A program made the position numbers and the translations under genes. Shown here piece after piece: positions 54,164 through 64,000 of a stretch of DNA of 64,000 bases. Numbering within the stretch: the first letter of the stretch is position 1; every line of letters starts with the position of its first letter. This DNA is from Trichoplax adhaerens. Taxonomy: Eukaryota > Animalia > Placozoa. The DNA lies in NCBI RefSeq assembly GCF_000150275.1, contig NW_002060952.1:394482-458481 (forward strand). The letters are read 5' to 3'. The notes below the pieces were generated by a model. It had not been told where the DNA came from and did not search any database. It worked only from the letters and a program-made list of their open reading frames with translations.

Positions 54164-57100
54164 ATGGCGTCCAGCTTATTAGTTGGCTATGGTGGATCAT
54201 CTTCGTCTGAAAGTGATGAAGGAAAGGTAACTTACAACAACGATTACTGCTGTAGATTTATAAATTGTACTAAGGTGGATATGTCATGCTATTATCCTGT
54301 GTGCTACGGTATGGGACTACGATTTTAAGTAGTCCCTTGGCTAAGGTAACAGGATGACCATGAATCTTCGATACTGCCATGAAATCTGTGTCCATATATG
54401 AATTCTCTTTCATCGATGATATCGTTGAAAGAGTAGATCAGTATAGATTGAAAACTACTGCTAATGTTCTATATATATATATATATATATACTGTATATA
54501 CTTGTAAGATTTTGCTGGCTTCAATCCCAGTCCATTTGCTCTTTTTGCTATCATTATTATCGTGTATGCTACGGCAACAGGATGACCATGAATCTTCGAG
54601 GCTGCCCACGAAATGCGGGACTCTTGTCAATAGACTGTAGCAATTCTCTTTCATTGATGATGTCCTTGAAAGAGTAGATCAGTATAGATTAAAAACTGCT
54701 GCTGGTGTTCTCTGTATATACTATATATATATATATTCTTAGAAGATCTCATTGGCTTCAATCCGATTCAATTTGCCCTCTTTGCTATAATGATGATCCT
54801 GTATGCTGCGGCGTGGGACTACTATTTTGAGTAGTGCCTGGGCTACAGCAACAGGATGACCATGAATCTTCAATGCTGCTATGAAATGGATGAGCAACCA
54901 GATAGCAATGATGGTTTCTAACCTGTGCTATCCATACGTGACTCTTGTCAATACAGCAATTCTCTTTCATTGATGATGTCCTTGAAAGAGTAGATCAGTA
55001 TAGATTAAAAACTGCTGCTGTTGTTCTACATATATACTATATACTGTATACTTAGAAGATCTCGCTGGCTTCAATCTGATTCAGTTTGCCCTCTTTCCTA
55101 TAATGATGATCCTGTATGCTGCGGCGTGGGACTACTATTTTGAGTAGTGCCTGGGCTACAGCAACAGGATGACCATGAATCTTCAATGCTGCTATGAAAT
55201 GGATGAGCAACCAGATAGCAATGATGGTTTCTAACCTGTGCTATCCATACGTGACTCTTGTCAATACAGCAATTCTCTTTCATTGATGATGTCCTTGAAA
55301 GAGTAGATCAGTATAGATTAAAAACTGCTGCTGTTGTTCTACATATATACTATATACTGTATACTTAGAAGATCTCGCTGGCTTCAATCTGATTCAGTTT
55401 GCCCTCTTTCCTATAATTGATGATCCTGTATGCTACGACGTGGGACTACTATTTTGAATAGTCCCAGGCCTACAGTAACAGAATGGTCATGAATCTTCGA
55501 TGCTGCTATGAAATGGATGAGCAACCAGATAGCAATCATGGTTTCTAACCTGTTTTATCCATACGTGACTCTTGTCAATACAGCAATTCTCTTTCATTGT
55601 TGATGTCATTGAAAGAGTAGATCAGTATAGATTGAAAACTGCTGATGGTGTTCTACATATATATATATATGTATATGTTACATACTTGTAAGATCTCGCT
55701 GGCTTCAATCTGATTCAATTTGCTCTCTTTTGCTAAAGGTTAGCTAAACACTTTCCTATCACATAGTCACAGATATGATTCCATTCGTACTTTATTCTTA
55801 CAAGTATGGATTGAAAACTACTACTTGCAACGTTGGTCATGGAGTATATCTTGACTTTACAGTATCATGCTTGATTGCATGAGAGAAAACAACCCTTAGC
55901 TTCAGACCGATCTGATAGCTATGGACTACCAACCGGCTACATGATTTAGGAAGTACAACTTTAACCATCGGTGCCTTTTATTACTGTAGTAACGTCCTAT
56001 TGCCTTTGGGGACAACTTCATTTCTCATCTGTCTTATTTCATTTTAATGCTTTACTGTTTTGCTACATTAGGCTAGCAATATCCTGTTGATTCTTAGAGG
56101 ACAGCTTTTAAAAAGATTTGATTAGCCAAAGGACAATACTGTACTGTATACTCAGTGTATAACTCTTCACTTCTGACCTTTCTTATGATACTGTATTCAC
56201 TACTGATTTGCTGCATTTAGATTACTACTCTTTTGGGGATGGTTAACTAATGTACAAATGCTGTATAGAATACTTTTCACTTCTGGCCTTTCTTATGATA
56301 CTAGATTTACTACTGATTTACTACATTGGGTTAGTAGCATCCCGTTGACTGTTGGGCAAATGCTTCACGAAATGTGCAAATACTGTATACGCGTAGAATA
56401 CCCTTCACTTCTGTCCTTTCTTATGATACTGTATTCACTCCTGATTTACTACATTGACTGTTCACGTCTAGACTTTCTTATGATACTGTGTTCACTACGG
56501 ATTGGCTGCATTAGGTTAGTATCATCGCGTTAAGGTACACATTACGACTCACTACCACAAAGAATAATCCTTAATTTCTAACCTATCTTATTACATTTTA
56601 CAACCCTAAATTGCTACACAAGCTTAATAGCATCCTGTTGGCTTTTAGGGTACGACTTTTTGGAAACGGTTAGTCAATGTACGGTAGAATAATTTATCCC
56701 TGAACTTCTGACCTGTCTTATTACATTTTAGTACTGACTTGCTACTTAAGGTTAGTAGCATCCCGTTAACTACTAGAGTACAGTTTGCTACCACATACAA
56801 TCATTCTTAACTTCTAACCTGCCTATTACATTTTAGTACTTGCTACATTAGGTTAGACTCGTTGGCTTCTAGGACACGACTTTCAGGAGACAGCTTACTA
56901 ATGTATACTACGAGTATAGTATAGAATAACCCTTTACTTCTGATCTGTCTTTTATTATAATTTAATAATACGAACACATTCCATGAGATTGGTAGAGTCC
57001 CGCTTATATTTAAGCTAGGACGTTAAAACGGCTAGCTAATGTACACAATGACTGGCTTTACAACATCTATTCTTTTTCCAATCATTCTGTACTTTGAAGC

Positions 57101-59177
57101 TCTTCTTATATAGGAAAACTAATAATCACAAACCTTACTATACCTCCGTATTTCTGACTTACCAATAAAATTATTCTTTATTAATTAAATGTTTTATTTC
57201 TATGACTTGCTGTGCTTTCTTATTCACAACACGATATGAAAGATGTTTATGATCACCGGTTTACACCATTGATCCTACAATCTATACGATTACATATTCT
57301 AATCATGTTATCGAGTAATAATTATATTGTACTATAAAGGTATTGAAAATGTTCTACCTGGTGTCTACAGTAGTCATTTCAGACCTAATACGCTACATCT
57401 TACCACATTCAGATATTAAAAGTCTGTAGTACAAGAATTATAATGCGTAGTATTTGCCTCTTGTCACGTATATTGCGTAGGACTACCTGTAACTGTCAAA
57501 AAATATTGCGTTAATTATATTATAATACAGTACGTAAGTAATTTTAATCACTTTTACTCCGTCTAATTAAAATGCCTGCAACACTAACTTATCACTCTTT
57601 AAAATTACAATATGAAGGTTGCCTCATTTTTGTTTCATAGGTAAAGGATTTAGAAAGTCATAATCGTGATGATGTTGATAATAAAAATGATAATGAGAGT
57701 ACCGACCTAAAGTCGAGCCATAAAGTTACAAAAAAGCCTGAAACTTCACCTTTACGGTCCGGTAGTGATGACCAAGGTGAAATAAGAAAAACTTCAACAC
57801 AGTCGCGAAATTATTCACCGCCATCTCATGAAAGAAGAAGTCATCATAGAGACAATGGTTCTTCACGTTATCGCCAATCAGGACGAGAACATCGTTCTCC
57901 TGATCGCCATGCTAGACATTCAAGGTCTGATCGTGACCGTTCTCGAACTCCTGACCGTCAGCGTTACAGTCGTTCTTATTACCGTCAATCTGATCGTCAT
58001 CGGGATTATCATCGTCGCGATCGTAGTAGACGATCCCATTCTACTAGTCCTAAAAGGTATAGTAAACACTCTGCGATGAGTAACTATCATGGGAGAGATA
58101 ATTCCAGAAGAATGAGTTCTGGCGGCGAGCATACTAGCCATCGTAGCAGTGACCATCGAGATGAATCGCAGTCCAGTAGTAACAAGGCTGCAACAGAAAG
58201 TAATGCACTACCAGCTACTAACCAGTCGTCATCTAGTAGTGGGACCTTGAATGCGCCCAAGCCAGGTTGACATACACTGTTTCTATATTTTTCTATAAAC
58301 ACTAAAGAACACATTTCAATAGCAAAGCTGGCGATATTCATAAATCATGAAAGTCTATTCTTAAGTGATATAATGAATATCTACGCGTATCTTAATCAGG
58401 AATTGCGCGAATATTTATTACTTTTTATTCTGTAATGTATAGGCCAATCTTCACTAAATGTTAATTCTGCCGATGCTGAGACTAGTCAGGAAGCATTATT
58501 AAAGAGTGTATTACATGGTAGTCAAATGATCAATGCAGCCAAAGCTGCGATTCAGAATCAGAAGAGGAAATTACTTTGGAGTGGTAAAAAGAAGGAGGTA
58601 TCGCGTCATTAATGCGTATTAGATCAGTGAAATTTCTGGCTAGTAACTATCTCTAATTCGTGTGCTACTCAAATCATGAAGAGCTATACTCAAATAATCC
58701 ATTTATTTAACTAAATTAATAAAAAAATAATCACAAATAGTATTTGTAGAATCGTATATCAACTAAAGTTTTATTGTGTCTCTAATCTTAATCTTTGCTA
58801 TGATATCTATGAAATAGATTGATTGTTAGTTAAAAATTTAACGCTATTTTCATATTGCGTTACGATAGGAGCGATCCAGTGGCAATTGGAAAGGAGTGGC
58901 TTTCGATGATGATTCAGCAACTAATCGAATGAGTAAATTTAAGCGATTGATGGGCATAACTAATCAAGGGGCTAATAAAGGAAATGATGATATGGCCAGT
59001 CCAGAAGAATCGAAGGAGCCTAATAAAATTGAAAATGTAGAGGATATATTAAAGCCAACGGATGCTCATCCCGAAAAAAGTACAAAGATGTTAGACGATT
59101 TACAACAACAATATGATGCTGCCAGGGTATTCACTCATACTCAGAGAGGTTATGGATTGGGATTTTCTTCCAATTAA
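54164..59177 (+). CDS. RSRC2: Arginine/serine-rich coiled-coil protein 2-like (RS-rich region plus C-terminal SMAP-type domain), ~383 aa; exons 54164-54226, 57641-58265, 58443-58597, 58869-59177
   Basis: MASSLLVGYGGSSSSESDEGK; R/S/D/H-rich exon 2; QKRKLLWSGKK, SKFKRLMGI and QYDAARVFTHTQRGYGLGF motifs typical of RSRC2. Confidence 0.85.
54285..55735. repeat. Tandem array of ~313-bp units (~5 copies, first two internally deleted) in RSRC2 intron 1
   Basis: Identical shadow ORFs offset by 313 bp (54785 and 55098); ctctttca...tgaaagagtagatcagtatagatt at 54405, 54647, 54963, 55276, 55589; each unit has an (AT)n tract. Confidence 0.95.
56010..57045. repeat. Second, older diverged tandem array (~120-bp-scale units) in RSRC2 intron 1
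   Basis: cttcacttctgacctttcttatgatactgtattcactactgatttgctacatt-like and ggttagtagcatcccgtt-like blocks recur at ~56165, 56276, 56402, 56475, 56705, 56810, 56935. Confidence 0.8.
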
Positions 59178-60356
59178 AATTAATTTTGGCTTCGTGTTAT
59201 ACATACAGACGCTTCGATTTTATGCAGCATATGATCTATATTCAAAGATTGGATAGCCACAACTCTATACTATATTGTTTTATTTAAGCTTATAGCAAAA
59301 AATGTCTGTGTACTGTTTCCTAATTTGTTCTACGGGTTTACTCGCATGTAAGTAATGTACAGTTTATAATATATGTTACTCAGTACATTTGACCAAAAAT
59401 AATTACTGTATCTAGTGTATACTGTTCATTTTTTTGTGATAAATTTGATGCATGGTAATAGTTGTAAGTTGCTATCGCGATTACTCTTGTCATTGCTATT
59501 ACAAGTGCTGATGCTAATAATTTAAATGTATACGTTTTCTTAGTAAAAGTAATTTCTGCTGCATATCGGACTATTTATAGCGCTTTCTCGGCTAACGGAC
59601 AAGTACCAATATTGAAATGTGCAATCATCTAAGACATATGGATAACTTTCCATTCATTAAGCTAGACACTAATTAAGCTGCGTACTTATTGCCTTATATC
59701 CTACCTACTTTTCACGTAACTAATATGAGTATACTGAACAACGACAGGTATAATAACTGATGTAATGTGGTGATATTCATCAAAAGACATTATAGAGACT
59801 CAAAATATCATGTTAAAGATCATTGGCAGTGTACTAAACAATGCGTATTTTGTGTAAAAAAATTTCGCCTTTTTCTAGCATCGTGCAGAAATAGATCGGC
59901 AAACTACAGTTCAAAAGTAGATATTCACATAACTGAATAATTAAAGATACGTAAATTGTACAAGCGTCCTTTATTAAACGAGTTTGATTAATTTTTAGCC
60001 GTTACTTTCTAGCAGAAATTTAATTTTTAACATTACGATGCGCTGAGGTACTGCAATACAATTAATTTCTTATACAGGTACAGATACGGTTGCTAGGGCA
60101 CACCGAGCTATTCAACTTTTGGCTATCATGTAAATACAAAAATCCCAGAATTGACGTACTTTAATTAAGATAAAAATCGAATATTTAACATTACAAACTT
60201 TTTATTCTTCTTTTTTAATGAAACTGTTACTTTACAACGATAAGTGGTAGCCTCAAGAAGCAGAAGTTTAGTCTAAATAACTTAACAAAATACATCACGC
60301 AATCCAAGGGTGATCGATACAACAATCTATACAAACGTCATTTAATCTACACTCTT

Positions 60357-63300
60357 CTAATTACGTCTTGAATGATATGATCGGTATCTATCATCTCTAT
60401 GACCTCTATTCCTTCTATCATATTGACGTTGGCTATCTCTTTTTTGATCACTTTGCTGACTCTGTGGTGTTTCCCAGCGCCTATCGTGATTGTCGTTATA
60501 ATCTTTGTTTAAATTCTCAGCAGGCTTTGGTGCAGACCAAGTAGATGACCAGTTATTTTCCCACTGATTAATCTTTTGTGGCTCGGAATTTCCGGTAGAA
60601 AGTTGTTGATAACCGTAATTAGCATAGGTCGGAACGTTGTTATTAGATAGCCAGTCATCCTTTTGTTGAATACTTTGCAGTGTGGACATTAGTTGAGACT
60701 GGGATATATTAGTAAGATTATTTACGGCTTGCATTACATTCGGAGGAACAGCATTCATAGGAGTATCTTGGCTAACACTTGTACCACGAGATGTTCCCGG
60801 CATAGGATCTCTAAAGTGCCTTTTAAACCAATGTAGTAGCGCATCCAATTTAGCATGTAAACGCCCGCGAAATCGAAATCCTTCGGGAGTTACAGTTACA
60901 TATTCATAGCAGGGATGATTACGAGGCAAATAGCTTAGCATAAATTTTCCCGGATATTTACTGGAAGCACTAAAATGATACGGAATCCGGGAAGGTTGCT
61001 TCTTTTTCTCCGATAACAGTAACTTTTCAAGCTCCTTTTTCTCTGTATCACCAGCTACGTAATAATAACGGTGATTAATTATGTCTCTGGTTAATGCAGC
61101 CATGGGTTGTACATATCTCGCTAAGATTTCATCAAGATCTTCATACTCCTAATAGTTTTAAAAGTTTTGTTAATTTTAAAGTTTTCAATTCAAATTTCTT
61201 TCATATTACAGTTTAATACACTCACCTCATTACCAATCCGTAAAGAATGACCAAGGCTAAATGAATTAACTTTACCTTCCTCCCTTATATCAACGTGCTG
61301 ATAAATATCATCGAGGACTTTCCAAGTTAAAGTCAAGTGATCAGATCCCTAGTTACATAAAAATGAATACAATAAGGACATCCTGACCAGCAAAGTGACA
61401 TGACAATTATTCTGATCAAGAGAATAATGTTATAATTTTATTATATTAACCTTTCTACTAGGCCTAAATACTGCATCTCCATTATCTAGATGGGATAATT
61501 TTTCAACTGCATCTTTATATGATATGTTGTGAAATGAAGGATGGACAATAATGCGCTTGATATAAGCTAAATAATTAAAAATTAGGTACATTAATTGATC
61601 TATACATGGTGAATTAATTATCTAAAGATATGACGAATGTTGTGAGGCACATAAAACTCTACGCTTACGAATTTGTTGTTTCTTCGTTTTCTTCACGTCT
61701 TCTTCCATATCTGCTTTCTCGATCTCAGTATCGTAATAATTATCTTTTGGTTTACTATCGATAACATAAATCATTTCGATATTGTTAGAGTGTATGTGTG
61801 AAGTATCGTTAGGGGCGGCGAAGTATAATATTTACTATCAGAAATGCGCTGATATTTACACGCACCTGAATTGATTATCATGGTCTGCTAAATCAGACGA
61901 TTTGCAGGACAGGTCCACCGAAAGTTTATCAATATTTAACTTAATTATTCTACAATGAATCACCATTCCAATCTATAGAAAATACAACAAATTTCTTAGG
62001 CGAAGAGGATTGTAAAAATCTTAGAGTCGTTATTATTACCTTAACACGTTCTTCTGGCGTTCGTATTTGCTTATCACTGATATTTTTCGTACTAATAAAA
62101 CCAGTAATTCCACTATCTAATATAACTTTTACGCCGATAGCGATACCTTTACACTCGTTGTTGTCAATGTGTCTCCATACCTAGTAAAAGTATTTCGACC
62201 GAAATAAATGATCAAAGGTGAGATAACAATTTAATGTTTATGGTGTACCATATCTGTTACTTGCTTACCTCGCTAAGTTCTTTAAAGGAGTCAAATAAAC
62301 ATAACGGACAAGTCCAAGTGTTAGAAATTGGATCTCGTTCAGGATTAACTCGATCGATTTGATCTTTCGTTGGTCGTCGATGAACAATACCAATAACACG
62401 ACAAGTTATTAATTGGCCATAGCATAACGATTCTGGCGTTTCATCTACCAATAAGTAGAATACTTCTCCCGGACTCAAGCTATCAAAAGGCTGACGACAC
62501 TCTTTATACCTGTGTGTTAATTCTTCACGGATATCGTATAAAGTTACAGATTTATTTCCAAATCCCTGAAATAGTAGAAATTGTTTAGACTTGCCGATTA
62601 AACTAAAACCAATAATGCCATGTTAAAGAATTGTACGTATGACTGTAATAGTATATATTCACCTGGCGCTTTAACTCTTCGGCAAATGCATCTAAATCAA
62701 GATCCTTAAGTTTATCAGGTTGATCGATTATGTCATGTACGACTGTAGCTTGATTTATTTCTTCTGCAGACTAAAGAAAATAGCTAGATTATTCCATTGT
62801 CATATTAAAGAGATCTAATACCATCCAAAGCTATATGACTCCTATGCATTTTATGACTTACTTCATCGTAATCTAAGGCATCAATTGCCATTTTACGCGC
62901 CCAGTCATAAGCCTCAGGATGGATACGAGTGGTATCTAATATTTCAGCATAATCGCTGGAAAAAGCAGGATAAACTTTAAAGTCAGTATAATTAAGATTA
63001 CAGAAAGCGAAAGTCTAAAATTAATTATTATACTACAAGATACAGTTGATAACAACAACCTATTGCATAATAACCTGTCATCTACTTTATTTGTAGGAAT
63101 CTTGATAAAACCAGCACAATTTACAAATAAGTTCGGACCCATACCGCATTCTGTTACCAAAGACTTTCGATTTCTCAGACGGAGATTTCCTTTCTTTAAT
63201 AACTAGACCGTAGTTACAGAGAGCATTCTAATAGTTACATGTAATACAGAATAACAATCCAATAGTATTTAAACTGTTCAATAACATACCTTCAGCAATG

Positions 63301-64000
63301 CCGTTGCTTTACGAGGACCAAGACCACATACGAATGAAAGTAATGACGAGTAGCGTTCATTTGTTAAGCATAAGTTCAGATCAATTCCAATATCATTAAT
63401 GCAATTGATAAATTCGATGTATAACGCTTCCATAAGATCAGGTTTAGGAATTTCAGCCTAAAATATAATTTATCTTTTAACTATGACAAGCAGATATATC
63501 TTTATCGTGGCTGTTAATACCTGTAATATGTGGAGCCTAAGGCATAATATTTCTTCATCATCTGATGTTAGCAATTGAGATAACTCCAAAAGAGGTTCTT
63601 GCATATAACGAGCTAAAGAAATAGCGTGACAGAGTAATGGAGGATACTCCGGGAATTCGTTCTTAACAACGAAAAGTAAAGGGTGATCTGTTCAGTGACC
63701 TGTGCATAAGTTTTTTATCATAATCCATCACTTAATTTAATTTCCGAATACCTTAGCGCGTTTAGAAGATTCAAACAGACGTGGGATACAAGGATCTATC
63801 AGTTCAACACTTATAGGTGGCAAATCTTCTTCGGACTGTAATTCATTTACAATTCCTTCTAAGTCTTTCTTAACACCAGTTGCTTGCCTGTAGAGCATTA
63901 ATATTGTTAATTTCGGGATTTGCAATTATAAATATTTTTTACTGTCTGCATTTTTGAAACAGGAAAGAGTACCTGCATGAAGCTGATATTGCTATCGCTA
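60357..64000 (-). CDS. SUPT6H: Transcription elongation factor SPT6, 3' portion (HhH, DLD, S1, tandem SH2, C-tail); gene continues beyond the window
   Basis: [75 protein letters not shown] and [11 protein letters not shown] motifs spread over short exons. Confidence 0.96.

Noticed and set aside
54885-55085. U3 or C/D snoRNA resemblance (GGATGAG, CGTGA, TTGATGA, CTGA in order)
   Set aside because: Spacing does not fit U3, its 5' box A region is absent, and CTGA is not kept in all copies; an Rfam search would settle it
54469-55283. Repeated 61-aa ORFs (MKENCC...) on the minus strand
   Set aside because: By-products of the tandem array; the ORF is not intact in all copies, as the ATG is lost in the last one

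Overview
Eukaryotic (animal) genomic DNA: AT-rich, gene-dense, with many short GT-AG introns. The composition and gene structures look placozoan (Trichoplax-like), which is an inference. Ten spliced genes can be reconstructed by hand: a PRRT3/4-like 7-TM protein with a long acidic repeat ectodomain, a TPR plus 2-TM protein, a SEC14L2-like CRAL-TRIO/GOLD protein (5' end lost in a 637-N gap), three theta-class GSTs, GOSR1, PES1, RSRC2 and the 3' part of SPT6. There are no prokaryotic features or CRISPR array, and I recognised no tRNA or rRNA. The most interesting signals are non-coding. (i) Tandem arrays of hairpin-forming units sit in the first introns of the head-to-head PES1/RSRC2 pair, with G-U-compatible and compensatory variation between copies. 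(ii) A modular repeat array upstream of GOSR1 carries paired TGACGTG sites and p53-type half-sites. (iii) A TACAG/TACTG pentamer signature marks TATA-less gene starts but not the TATA/Inr starts. (iv) PES1 has three GC-AG introns and GOSR1 has a U12-type intron. All exon coordinates and RNA folds were derived by eye and need transcript or computational confirmation.
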